The notes under the pieces were generated by a model. That model was not told where the DNA came from, ran no database searches, and saw nothing but the letters and a program-made list of their open reading frames with translations. A DNA stretch of 63,766 nt, counting the filler, from Kipferlia bialata (Eukaryota), in NCBI GenBank assembly GCA_003568945.1. It is 5 parts of 5 records of this genome, joined end to end, with 100 filler letters (N's around TTAATTAATTAA, not from the genome) between each part and the next. Parts side by side here need not be neighbours in the genome. Positions count along the whole stretch, not along the records: positions 1 to 16,481 come from BDIP01000600.1; positions 16,582 to 33,056 come from BDIP01000601.1; 3 more parts are not named here. One strand, given 5' to 3'. How positions within the stretch are numbered: the stretch's first letter is position 1; each line of letters starts with the position of its first letter. Positions 1 through 18,380 of this stretch are shown here, piece after piece. The position numbers and the translations under genes are program-made.

Positions 1-49
<49 letters not shown>

Positions 50-109
50 GAGGTTCATCCATACGCACACATGACGTATATTCTTGTTATTGTGTTCACC
101 CTGATAGTG

Positions 110-140
<31 letters not shown>

Positions 141-171
141 ATTGATCCTAGCCACAGTCCAGATGCCGCAC

Positions 172-5570
<5,399 letters not shown>

Positions 5571-5869
5571 GATATACTCAGAGGCAGAAAGGTGTGATTA
5601 TTGAATCCAGACTGGTGTGGATGACCCTTTTTGCTCAAAGTGAGTTTTTGTTCTATGGGTACCCTGGAAAAGTTGTCACAATGGTGCTAAATAATAGACC
5701 CAAGCCCGTTTCAAGTAACCTTTCTCACTCAAATAGACCGCACTTCACTGTCAAGCGTCCATTGGCCTGCTATTGTTCATTGGGAGGCCTTCTCGGGAGT
5801 GTTAAGGGGTTGCTCTAGAGTTCCTCTCTGAGTAGACCGAGGCCATAATAGACCGAGGCCCCTAGCTGC

Positions 5870-6856
5870 ATGGCACCTGGGTCTCCGCCTGCCAATGGCC
5901 TGTCCATGCTGACCAGTGGGGCAGGGCGCAGGAGGTCATCCAAGGTGGGTGGGAGGATGGGGAGACCTATTAGTGGTGGCTGTCTCACTCTATTATTGCA
6001 TTGACATAATTGGTGGCTTCATTGTATTGTGTCCCCCCACCCCCCTCCCGCCCTCTTCTCTCTCCCCTCACCGCAGCGTGTGAAGCAGGGTCCTAAGGCC
6101 AAGGGGGCTGCCAAGGCCAGGGCCAAGGCGGCTGGTGCCGGTGTCAGTAGTAGTGGGGTTGGGTCCCCTGTCAAGAGGGGGAGGGGCAGGCCGAGGAAGA
6201 GTGCAGGTGAGTGGCACTATCAGTACGCCAAGCCCCCCCCCCTCTCTTTGTTGCCCCCATGTCACATATACCAGTGTCACATGTACCCTCTCCGTATCTC
6301 CCCCCAGCGTCCCCCCCCAAGCCCTCCGGCCAGACCCCTGTATCAGCAGAGGGCGAGGCCGATGCCCCTTCTGCCCAGGCCCCCAGGAGACAGAGGGCCC
6401 AGCCCAAGGGGCACCTGGACAGCGCCATGTATCTGGGGGACCCCGACACCCTGGACTACCCAGTCTCGACAGTGGCCAAGTGAGTGGATATATATATATA
6501 AGTGGGTGGATATATATATATATGTGGGTGGATATATGTATATAAGTGGNNNNNNNNNNGGTGGATATATATATATATGTGGGTGGATATATGTATATAA
6601 GTGGGTGGATATATGTATATAAGTGGGTGGATATATATATATATATATAAGTGGGTGGATATATATATATACGTGGGTGGATGCTCCATAGTACTCTCCA
6701 ATCCACCCCTCGACCCCCCACCCCCAGGAATGCCCTTCTGAGTGCCCCAGGCCACATGTTGTCCAAGGAGATCAAGACGGCCCTGCAGAGGTGGGGGGTG
6801 GATGGATATTTGTGTATATACATATGTATATGGTGTCCGACAGACTGGCATCGCTG

Positions 6857-6901
<45 letters not shown>

Positions 6902-7641
6902 GTGTGTGTGTATGTGTACTCATGGTCTGAGTGATGATACCTCTAGGTCCATACCCCAGTGCCTCTGATGTCAGGTCCTCCTCCACCTTTGTGGCCTACC
7001 TCACACACCGGTGTCTGGACTACATGGTATGTGCCCCAAGTGTGCTATGTGATGGATACTACATAGCTATACATTTTCCATCTATGCGAGACTGCGCATG
7101 CATCCCCCTGACCCCCCAGGGCAAGAGGAAGACTGTGTCCATAGCCGATATGATGAAGGCAGCGGAGGGCATGGAGATACCAGGTGGGGGGGGATAGGGG
7201 AGGATATGGCAGGATAGGGGGGATGATTGTGATGGGGATAGTACCCCCATACACCCATACATGTACCAATGGGACATACCCACCCCAGGCCTTGTTGACT
7301 TCATGACAGAGCAGGCAGAGGCCATAGAGGAGGAGGCCAGGTATATATAGGGGGCAGAGGGTGGAGAGGGAGTGGTGCATTCAGATATTCACTCGGCCAT
7401 CCATCTGTTCTATGAGTGTATCCTCACCCCCAGGGTCAAGAGGGATGCCGACCTGGCTCTCAAGGAGGCCAGAGACCTGGAGGGTGACTGGGATGAGGGG
7501 GAGACAGGGCCTAGGAGGGGCAGGGGCAGGCCCAGGAAGGGGGCACAGGCTGACCCATCTGCTGAGGGTGCATCTCTTGAGGGGGTGGATGAGGATCTGT
7601 CAGACGGGTCCTGGATGGATGTGGACGAGGGCGACATCTGA
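5870..7641 (+). CDS. Histone-fold protein, POLE3/DPB4/CHRAC17-like (NF-YB class), with two AT-hooks and an acidic tail
   Basis: Exons give DPDTLDYPVSTVAK-NALL..LSKEIKTALQRSSSTFVAYLT..GKRKTVSIADMMKAAEGME, matching the POLE3-type fold. RGRGRPRK occurs at ~6176 and ~7516. Stop TGA ends at 7641. Confidence 0.75.
6478..6680 (+). repeat. Intronic minisatellite (~22-26 bp) built from the donor site plus (TA)n
   Basis: GTGGGTGGATATA(TA)n units repeat ~9 times directly after the real AA|GTGAGTGGATATA donor. A short N gap lies inside. Confidence 0.85.
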
Positions 7642-7808
7642 ATAGACAGCGGCATGGTATGTATGGTTTGAAGTGGCGAGTTCCATTGGTAGATCTAGTC
7701 CACGCTTCACTAGTTGGATGTCCCTAGTTCGAGCCTTGCTGGTGTTAGAAATATAGTAATAGATTGATGGTCCAACTTGGCTCTTCTCCAACTTGTCTCT
7801 TCAGTGAA

Positions 7809-10222
7809 ATGCGGCTATTGCTAGGTGTACTGGCTGTGCTAGCCGGGTGCCTATGTATATACGACGATCTCAGTGGGGCGGAGGTATGCCGTTGGAGCCA
7901 TTTTATGGCATTGCTCTCTCTCTCTGTGGCCTAAAATTGTAATAGTTGTGACAGCTGAGACGTCGTATACTTACCCAGCTACGGTCCAAGCTATACCGGG
8001 ACACATACTGGAGGCACCATGAGACACTGGGGTACTCGGACGCTAGGGCATACATGTACGCACCACCGTGCTCAAGACTGCTAGGCTTATAAGCTTATAC
8101 TTGTCTCAAATACTTTGGACAGATAAACTCTCGTCTTCTCTCTCTCTCTCTCCCCCTTCCCCATCTCCCCTCAGGTACGGGGCTATCGACAACCTTGATG
8201 ATGCTGTCTATGGCATATACACAGGTGGCTCAAGCATACTATACGCGGTCTGTTGTTGTGTCTTCAATAGTCTCTCTTCCTCAAGTGTACATATATATAT
8301 ATCCGGAGTAGTCATAGTATGGTATGGTAGAATAGCATCGTCAGAAGTGGTATGTTTCTCAGTCGCTCCCATCTCTCTCACTCTCCGTGTTGTGTCTCTT
8401 CCTCCACCGTACTCTATATATGCCGTCTCACCCAGACCTTCGTATGCCCTATGCCTACAACAACTACACGATGAGTGTGGACACACAGACAGAGGCAGAG
8501 ACAGAGGCAGAGAGAGAGGTTGAGCCGACAGAGCCTCTTACCGGGGGCTCCATCAACTGTGAGCACATCGTGCCCCAGTCCTTCTTCAACAAGAAGTACG
8601 GGCAGATATGCATGTATATATATATATGTATATATATATATATCCTACAGTATACGTATATACATCTCATCAATCAATGTAGTGTGCCCCAGTCCTTCTT
8701 CAACAAGAAGATGTAGAAGTATGGGCATGTACATAGAGAGATATGTATGTATGTATGTATCTGTCTCTCTCCCTCTCCCACCCCTAGGGACCCCATGGTC
8801 TCTGATGTCCACCACCTCAGACCCGCAGAGTCCAGGGCCAACTCGGCCAGGTATAGACACACATGCATATCTCAGTGTATATATCATATATGCAGGTATT
8901 TAGATCTATATCAGTACTGGTATCTTTAGTTCAGTTAGGCTCTATGTGTACATAGCTGAGACGGACACATTTGTATTTGTACGGCATAAGATGTGTCCCA
9001 CCCCAGGAACCACTTTAGAGAGGGGAGAGAGATTTGAATTCTATACTCGACATTAGAAGTATTCTCTAAATATTGCACACTGTACCCACCCCAGGAACCA
9101 CTTTCCCTTTGAGCAGATAGCGGATGAGGACGTGAAGCAATGGTGAGACGGATGGCTCCTTCTGTGTATTCCTCTATATATATAGTAGCGTCCACATGCA
9201 TGTGTGTATCGTCTCCCCATTCCCTGACCCAGGTTCTACCAGGACGTGATATCCACTGCTATACCCCCCGAGTCAGACATAGCCAACTGGTCCAGACTGA
9301 GGGACAGCCAGGTGGGTATGTACTGAGTACCAATGAGACTAGTGTATACACCTCAGCGACAGTCAGGTGGGTGTGGCTATTGGTATTGTGGAGACACCGT
9401 GACAGTGTCTATTCCCTGCCATCTCTGTTGCAAAACACCTCTGTCCATATATATATATATCCCTACCCATGTACTCTACCCTCTACCCTGGTATATATAC
9501 CCCTCACCCCCAGGATGCCTGGGAGCCTAGGGACGAGGCCCGGGGCACGATAGCCAGGGCGGTGCTCTACTTCTACACAATGTATGTTATATACAATGTA
9601 TGATATATACAATGTATGATAAGTACAATGTGTTTATGGGGATATATCCATGTATCCCACACAGTGTATGGGGACTATGTGATCAGGTGTCATCTGACCC
9701 TCTCCTTCCCCCCCCCCCCCCTTACCTAACCCCTTACCTTACCTTAGGTACAGCCAGTTCCTAGACGAGATGGACAGGATAGGCGATGTTAACATGTTCA
9801 TTCAGGTTAGTTGCTGGTTTAGACACGCATAGTATTGCCGGATAGTGATACAACATGTGTCTTCATCTTCACACAGGTTGATACATATATTTACCTATAT
9901 GTGTGCGTCTCACAGTAAATGTAAATTACGGATAGGTAAAGAGTACACGTATATGTCTATATACCCACTGGATGTATTGAGATCACCTTCTCTTCCGTGT
10001 GTACCCTCTCTGCCTATCCCCACCCCAGTGGAACAATGACCACCCCCCGTCCCAGTGGGACATGGACCGGAACGACAGGGCAGAGTTCTACCAGGGTAAC
10101 AGGTAGGACCTTGGCATGGAGGGTTGTTGTTGTTGTTGTTGTAAATGCACAGTGCTTATATCAGGAACCCCTATGTGGACAACCCCGAGCTGTGTGAGAG
10201 AGCATTCGAGGACATGATCTAG
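7809..10222 (+). CDS. Secreted Endonuclease I (EndA/Bsn-like His-Me finger nuclease), multi-exon
   Basis: Signal-peptide-like MRLLLGVLAVLAGCLC, then LSGAELRSKL..LGYSDARAYMY, INCEHIVPQSFF, SDVHHLRPAESRANSAR-NHFPF, WEPRDEARGTIARAVLYF, WNNDHPP..RN..YQGNRNPYVDNPE. Confidence 0.9.
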
Positions 10223-10730
10223 AGAGAGAGTATGTCATATGAGAGAGTAGCTATATATTCCATGACATGCTCTGAGGGGAGGGGAGGGACGCTACATAGC
10301 CATGTCCATGAGTGTGCACAGGAGTGTCATTGGCAGGCTCACAAAGTCGGTCACGAGAGAAGACGAAATGTATATATGCACCTCCACGACGGGTAGTATC
10401 CGGGTAGTCGATACATAGCCACCATCTGTATTTGTTACAACACTTCCATGTGTGTGGGGCTGTGTGTTTCTCTTGGAACGTTTGCGTCTACATATACCCC
10501 ACAGTTGTACTTCTATTATATTGCACAATGCACGTGATGGTAGCACAGAAGAGCAATAGACAGAGAGTATGTCCCGTTAGACTGACTCACTGACAGACAC
10601 GTCGTAGGATGTCATAGGAGGTCATAGGATGTCATGTGTACATTGACATATTGTGCGTGTTCCACATGTGGTACATATCTCAGCCTGTCTAAGATAGACA
10701 GTCTATTTTGCAGTGTGTGTATGTGTATGT

Positions 10731-12801
10731 CTATCCTTCACTGTCTAGCAGAGACACCGACACTGATGCACTGTGTGTGTCAGAGTGACATGGGGAGAGC
10801 AGGGCGGATATCCGACACAGTTCCTGTTTGGATATATATGCCATGGAGGGTGGGGGTGCACAGGGGGAGAGCCTGAGGGGAAGAGTAGATGAGATGATTT
10901 CGATACACTTGTGTGCTGGTATCTACATCATCTTCGCATAAGTGTCTACCTGGACCATATTGCCCCCATGAGTATCTGGGACAGGAGCCAGGAGTAGGAC
11001 GCTACGACAAAGGCCCACTCAATGCTATGGGTCAGAGGTAGGAGAATAAGTGGTAGGAGTATAGACAGTACTGGTACGGACACCACTGATACCACATGTC
11101 GCGTACACTCCGAATGACAGCCACTGGTGGGAGGGACATGGCGACAAGATAGTGCAGCATGTGAGGTAGTACACACACGGGACAGGCTCAATATACCTGG
11201 GTGGGATATATATGCGGAAGAACGATCTCACGCAGCGTACTGTATGTGACGATTTGAACAAAATACCCCTATCTAATGGATTACATACCCCAGTGCCAGA
11301 TAGAGGGACCTGGGGATGAAGAGTACCAGTGACCCCATGGTTATGAGACCCAACAGCCTAGACAGTCTGGAGTGGATCCTGCCATAGCCAGAGACATGGT
11401 ACTGGGGTCACGAAGAGGGGGAGTGGATGCAGACATCTACTACAGTGGTTCTAGTCACAGGCGATGAGTAAGAGGCCCACTCTTATATAATCCGGTGCTC
11501 AATGGGAACACGAGAGACCGAGGTCGTGGAATAACTGTAGCGTACCTTTGGGTGTAGAAGTGTGCTTTGCTGACGGTCTCGGAGGCCTGACTAGACGATG
11601 AGTCTCATTGAGACGGACGGTCATAAAGATGCATATACCTTGTCCCTCTGACTAATGTCACATAGTAAGTGACTGGGTATTCCCATAATAGATACAGATA
11701 CACTGTCATATTCCTTACCCTGACCACCAGGTTTGTCACAAGCAAGAACAGAAACGTGATAGCTGCGAATATGGAGTGCATTCTCATGCTGGACATGCCC
11801 TCCCACACTAGGGTGCCTCTGTCTGGGTGGAAGACACCCACCAGCGGCACAGTCACACCTGCGTCAGGGGAGTATGCCATACTCAGTATGGTTAGAAGCC
11901 AATGCGGGTGTGCCAATGCAACTCAGCTGTGCTACATCATACTATTGTGCCTCGCCTAAGAAACAAATATGTGTTGATATGTGAACATACTATATACCTA
12001 GGGTTAGGCCACACAGCGCTGTCCTGAGGTGGGGCACCCTACTCCGGCCCCTCCTGCCTATGGCTATGGCCACAGACATAACCATGGCCACAGCGGTCAG
12101 GCCCCCCAGGATGAAGGTGTCTGGGGTAGGGGTATAGGGGGTCGAGGGTGAATACTGACATGTCGGAGAGTTATAGTATATATCAGTTATAGTATATAGC
12201 AGTTATAGTATATAGTATAGTATATAGGCTATAGTATATATAGCAGCCCACAAGTGCAGATGGTGTGAAGCCATACATAAACATGTATGGATATATATAT
12301 GTAATGTAATATATATACACAAAAGTCGGCATGAACACATTCGAATAGACACTGTATATGATGGGATACACCCTTCAGTGGAGTAGGTGAATAGTATGGA
12401 AGCAGAGTCCTATCATTGATAGTTATAACACATAAGCCAAATACAATGGGACTTCTTAGAAAGACATGAACGCTCGTACACTTGAAGTGCCTGCACCCAA
12501 GGGGGTTGATGTCGCATGACCCAGCGTCACTGATGTTGAGTGCTATTCTCGCCAGTCCCATGATGGGATCATAGGTGCTATCACTCAGTAGGTACCAGCC
12601 GGAGAAGGCGACGTTGAGAGGCAGCACTACTAGCAGCACAAACCCAAGGAGGCGAGGGGTCTTGGAGGGACTGGATCCCTTCTCAGCATGTGGGTGACCC
12701 TGAGGCTGACCGTGTGTGCCTGGAGGGCTATCATGGGTATGACTACTGACACACACGGTCTGTTTGACTGGATGCACCCTGTGATGCGGCATGGGATGCA
12801 T
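10731..12801 (-). CDS. Multi-pass membrane protein, possibly Frag1/DRAM/Sfk1-like
   Basis: Several hydrophobic exons (LLGFVLLVVLPLNVAFSGWY; MHSIFAAITFLFLLV; IEWAFVVASYSWLL). The H..FA..F and late EW motifs recall the Frag1/DRAM/Sfk1 family. Internal exon structure only partly resolved. Confidence 0.5.
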
Positions 12802-13462
12802 ACTTAGTAGCAGACAGCACGTCCAGGAACAGTATCGGTATGGCCAGACACGGTAGGGACAAGGACCTTGTCAAGGTGTGTACATGTGGTGGGACTGCGA
12901 ACCTTACACTCAAGTCATACGATGTCGAATGCGACACCTCATGAGAGATGGCGTCACTGACGGGAAGTACTTCAGTACTGTACTTGTCACAAATCCGCCG
13001 AGAAATTATCCGAAATACTGAGGATTTCTCTCTCATATTCTTCCAGCTCCAGAATGGAGCATTATCAGTGGTGCACACAGAGGCATAGCGTCAGTACGAG
13101 ACCGAGACCCGAGAGGACTCATAGATTATGAGTCACAGCATATGCTGGCATTGTAGGTGTGGCACAAACCTCAAACACGTCTGGTTGCGAGATCGATCAG
13201 CTGGAACTTGTGGGAATGTACATACATGATTAATCAAGAGTATCACTTTTGGTCGCACATCATCATATATAATACTACTGGTTGTCTAAAACAAACAGTC
13301 GAATATGAATACACGTCTATTGTAGTGTGCCTCACGTGGACTGATAGTCATAGGTCTGCGTACAAACACAGCCATGATTCAGCCATTGATGACCCCGTGA
13401 TGTATAAATACACACATACATGGACACGAGTCCTCTAGATGACGCCGTCTCTCTGGAGTGCT

Positions 13463-16431
13463 TCACCTAGGGAGTCGGTACCTAGTCTGGGGTGGGGGTA
13501 GGGGGGGGGGCAAGTGTTGTAATGATAATGGCGATGGAGGCAGTATAACGACACTTCCACCAGTGACTCCACCCCACCCTAGTCATCATAGTCATCATAG
13601 TAATACCCACCTGGATATGGCCACCACTAGGCCTGCCAGAGAGTTGGAGAGGTCACTCCCAGACGCTGTGCTAGTGAGAGAGGAGGCGGCCAGTCCTGCT
13701 CCACCCCTCCTTAGGAGCGTGGCCAGCAGCTGGCCCTGGGCGGTGTCCAGCCTGGTCTGCACATCCAGGTACCGGAGGACCCCGTCCGCATAGGCAGTCT
13801 GGGGGTGAGGGTCTGGCTCTCATACTATACTATACACTGTCTATACACTGTCGAGACAATAGACCCACCTTGTTAGGCGTGGGGTCTGCCCTGACAAGCG
13901 GCATGGCTATGGGGGACAGGTGCGACAGGACGGGGTGGGACGTGGCGAGGGGCACGGCCTGGGCTACGTTGCCACCCTCCGGCTGCCAGTACACAACAGG
14001 GGCCACCGGGACAGCCCTGATCTCCCCATAGGGCCTGTGGGGGTGACAGGTATGTCTGTATACAACAGCACGCTGAGGGTGAGGCACGGGGTAGGGCAAT
14101 AGTGGAGGGACAGTATCAGTATCCGTAGGTGACTGATGTGATGACAATGCATATGTACATAGGGTATGTGCGTGCCTGTATCTTCGCCTCTCTGCACTGT
14201 GAGGTGTCCTGGGAGTACTCGTAGTCAGAGTGACCGGACCCAGACTCAGTGCGGTGGGTGTCGGAGAGGGCCTGGGGTGGGTGCGATGGGTATACATATG
14301 GTCTAGAGAGTATAGGAATAACATGGGGGTAACTCTGAATGGACAGTCTCTCCCTCACCCTAGTCATATCTCCTGTTAGCCCTGTGGGCTCAGGTTCAGG
14401 CACTGACACCAGCTCCAGAAGGGGCACAGACGGCCGCATCACAGCGATCCTCTGGCACAGGAGGTCTCTGTACTGTGAGGCAGTCTCCTCCATCTAGGGG
14501 TGAGAGGGAGACACACACAGGTATATGGGTGTAGATGGGAACGGGATAGACATGCCACACATATAGTGTGCCCTTAGACACCTGGCTGTAGGCAGGGGGC
14601 AGGATGAGGGGGAGGCCCATCCTGTTGGTGACACTGGACGCATGGCCAGAGTGGGCAGAGGACCGGGTCTGGGGCCCGATCAGGACCTGGGGGTAAGGAG
14701 GGAGGGATGAGGGGTGAGAGGTGAGGGGGGAGGGGGGCATCTGAGTGACATGGGGTCCCAGTGCACACGACACCCATAGATAACCATTCACACATGCACC
14801 CATACCGGATCATGACCGAAGGGGTCTCCGTTGCGACAGGCAAAGTCGACCTCCTGGGGGTGAGGATAAGACCGGGTTGGGGGGGGGGAGAGAGGAGTAG
14901 ACAAATCTACACAACACATACACATATATGACTGGACATAATGTACATGACTGTATCCATAAATACACATATACACATATATGCATGTGTGTTCTCTATG
15001 TAGGGCCTGGAATCCCCCAGTTACCTAGTTACTAGGAATATCCACTAGTATATAACTCTTCCCTTCACACTCTCAAATGACGTGTGCCTACATATGTATA
15101 TATATACACATATACATATCCCCCACCTGTATGTCCAGATATGCCCTAATGCTCTGCGCCACAGAGTCATACCTGGGGGGTGAGAGGGGTGGAGAGGGAG
15201 AAGACAGCGATAGGGAGAGAGAGACACACACTGCACACATACCCTTCCCCTGGGAGTGATATGTGGGTATCTGCGTAGTCTGGCCCCCCTACAGAGGTAG
15301 GGGTGTCTCCCATCAGCATACAGAGCCCGTCCAGGCCTAAGGGTAAGGTGGCCATATGTGGCTAAGTTATACCGTGATATACAGGTACACAGTGATCCAC
15401 CGCTGTATACATATGCATGGTACCTATGCAGCCGGAGTACTGGGCCCTTAGGGGCATCAGCAGGCGAGACACAGCCACCGGTGATAGGGCGACATAGACA
15501 GGGCTCCCCTCCATATCCATACCAGGCTGCATCTCATAGGCGATGTCCATGTCACTCTCCTCTCCCATAGAGAGAGAGGAGGAGGAGGAGGGGGTGCTGG
15601 AGGTGGAGGACACGCCGCTCAGGCTGTCACCCTCTGTCGTGTGTGTGTCTGTGTGTGTGTCTGTGTGGCCTGATGTGCCTGGGGCAGTAGGGAGCACAAT
15701 GAGGGGGGCCCTAAGGGTGAGGGAGAGTAGGGGGGACTATGTGTGTGGGAAGACGACCCACTAATAGTGGGACTGTTACTAAGACCCCCCGTAGTTGGCG
15801 TAGTACGACGGGAATAGCAGACACACCCATATATAGACACACGAGGTGTGCATTACACCCACTGTATACTCAACTCCCCGTTCCCCCGTGCATCCCTCCA
15901 TCCATCCATCTCCATAGCAATATGTATAGTGCATACACCCTTGGTATCCCTACCTCACAGCAAGTGCCGCTGCCAAGAACGACAGCTGGAGAGACGGGGG
16001 GACAAGGTCATCCAGCGAGTGCGAGGCGGGGTCTGGGGTGGGGGCGGCAGAGGGATACACACACATATACATATGGGCAAGTGTTAGTCGGGGATAACGG
16101 TGGCAAAGTACACACAGACATGTTAACACAGCCACATACACGATGCCCCGACCTGGGTTCTCCATGCGGTCTCTGTCTGTGGCATAGAGACCAGTCTTGA
16201 TCATGGACACTACTAGCCTCCTCCTCTCGGTGGGGGTCAGGACATAGGACACAATCTGAGGGTGGGGGGGCTCGGGAGGGATCCACAATTCTATGTATAT
16301 GGCCATGCACTGAACTATACATCTGACTGAGTCTCTATGCTAGAACATGTCCCCCACACTCTGCCCCACCCACCTCTGCGTCCAGGGCCGATGCATGGGG
16401 AGGGCAGTCCAGAGGGTACGGCGGAGGGGAC
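13463..16431 (-). CDS. Hypothetical protein, multi-exon, 5' partial (runs into contig end)
   Basis: Chain of GT-AG-bounded GC-rich exons (IVSYVLTPTERRRLVV.., MEETASQYRDLLCQR.., TAYADGVLRYLDVQ..) ending YRLPR*. No family recognised. Confidence 0.6.
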
Positions 16432-16525
16432 TGCGGTTGGGGGGGGGGGTATCGATATATACTCTGAGGAACAGTATAGGGNNNNNNNNNNNNNNNNNNN
16501 NNNNNNNNNNNNNNNNNNNNNNNNN

Positions 16526-16537
16526 TTAATTAATTAA
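16526..16537. other. Artificial contig linker (TTAATTAATTAA within N runs)
   Basis: Palindromic six-frame stop 12-mer flanked by ~45 N on each side. Identical copies at 33101, 49672 and 61383. Confidence 0.95.
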
Positions 16538-16636
16538 NNNNNNNNNNNNNNNNNNNNNNNNNNNNNNNNNNNNNNNNNNNNGGACTTTCGCTGTCTCTCT
16601 CTCCCCCCCCCCCCCCCCACCCGCCCTGCTCTCCCT

Positions 16637-18130
16637 TCAGCCCCAGTCGAACAGCTCCTCCTTGTCGCTGTCGTCGCTGTCGCTGTTCCCATCCACTAGC
16701 ACATCCTCCCTGGAGAAGTCGGCGTGGAAGTCACCGTAGTCAACCTGGCCCTGGGGGTGAGGGGGGGACTGCCCATGTACACACATATCAATACAAGCCA
16801 CATACCCAGTCGAATGCTAGCGACTCCTGGCCTGCATTGTTGGACAGGATGTCGAAGCCATCGTCCAGGTTGTCAAAGTCCCTGGGCGTGAGGGGGGGGG
16901 GGTATACACACACTCAGGGGTACATATATATATATATTCATGCATCCGCACCTGTCGCTGCTGCCCTCCTCCTCCTCTGCCTCTGCTGCCTTGCCCTCTG
17001 TCATGGCACCGGCACTGGCCATGTCCATGCGCTCAGACATCACCTGGGGGTCAGGGAGGGGGGGGGGGGTAGATATACTTGGTGTGCATGTATATATATC
17101 TGTATTAAACACTAAGCCACATGCCCTACCTGAAGCCTGGGGTCGTTGTAGTTGAGGGGGACGGTGGCCTCAGGGGCTGGAGGTCAGAAGATGTGAAGGG
17201 ATTGGAGGCGTGTAGTAAAGTGGCGACAGTCCACCTAATATCAAGGTATAGTATATATATATATCCCCATGCCCCCGTACCGATGTAGAGCTTGAGGAAC
17301 TGCTGGAAGGCCTTGTCCTTGATGAGGGTATCGTGCATCTCAGGCCACAATGGCTCAACCCACGAGATGAGGGTCTGGTGTTGGGGGAGGGGGGGGGGGA
17401 TCAGAGGTATGTGGTTATATACACATATATATGTATACACATCCACTCATAGATGTATAGAGATATCCACCCATCACTCACGTTGTCGAAGGGGTCTGTC
17501 TCGCCCTCTGCCCCGACGTCTCCGAAGCACAGCCTGATAAGGGCCTTGGCCAGCATCACAAGGTGCACCTCGTGGCACGACCTGGGGTCAGGATAGTAAT
17601 AATACAAAGATGAATTCAGGGTCCCCCACACAGTTAGATAGAGCAAGGGTATATAGACAAGTATACCCATATACACAACGAGCCCACCTAGTCTTGAACA
17701 GGATGAATGGTGCTCTGGTGTCCCTGCTCTTGTTGGCTGTGGCGGCTGCCTGCTTCTCCTCGGCTGCTGCTATCCGCACCAGCATCCTGGCTGTGCCCAT
17801 GTGTCTGGCATACACGGCCAGCACAGCCTCCAGGGTCTCGAGGCCAAGGAGGCCCTCCTGCAAGGTGAGAAGGGGGGTGAGGATATACATGGGCTATGAC
17901 TATACAGTGCATGTGTCCACCCCCACCCACCTGAGCAGTCTCGAGGCATGCTGTGATGGCCGTCATGACGTTCTGGTGCAGAGCTGCGTTGTGGGGGAAG
18001 AGAGACAGCAGCTGGCACATGGCGTCGATGATGGAGTGCTCGGCCATGTGGAAGCACATCTGGGCCCTGGGGTCAGGGGCAGGGGGGGGGGGGATGCACG
18101 GTTACCAGTTATATACATATACATAAACAA

Positions 18131-18169
<39 letters not shown>

Positions 18170-18380
18170 CCCACCTGTTGAGGGGGCCTGAGCTGACAGA
18201 CCGGATGGTTGTGGGGTCACAGAACACAGAGTCACCGGGGGCAACGGCAGCCTGGGGTGGGTGGGTGTTGAACAGGTGTGTGAACTGTACTGCATATATA
18301 TAGATATGCGTACCGGTGCGGGAGAGAGCCTGAGGCAGTCTGTGAGGAACTTGACCACATTCAGCCTCTGCAGACCAAGC
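16637..18380 (-). CDS. SIT4-associated protein / PP6 regulatory subunit (SAPS domain), C-terminal half only
   Basis: Exons encode LGLQRLNVVKFL, LLSLFPHNAALHQNV (cf. FPWNNFLH), HLVMLAKAL (cf. GHLTxIAN) and an acidic tail ending ELFDWG*. No N-terminal exons found beyond the poly-G at 18381-18445. Confidence 0.72.

Noticed and set aside
1..47. Long poly-G as a telomere or G-quadruplex element
   Set aside because: It is the complement of an intronic poly-C tract at a contig break, and its length is unreliable.
16482..16581. TTAATTAATTAA palindrome recurring four times
   Set aside because: Always embedded in N runs and has stops in all six frames, so it is a concatenation linker, not a biological site. 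It also rules out gene-cluster arguments across contigs.
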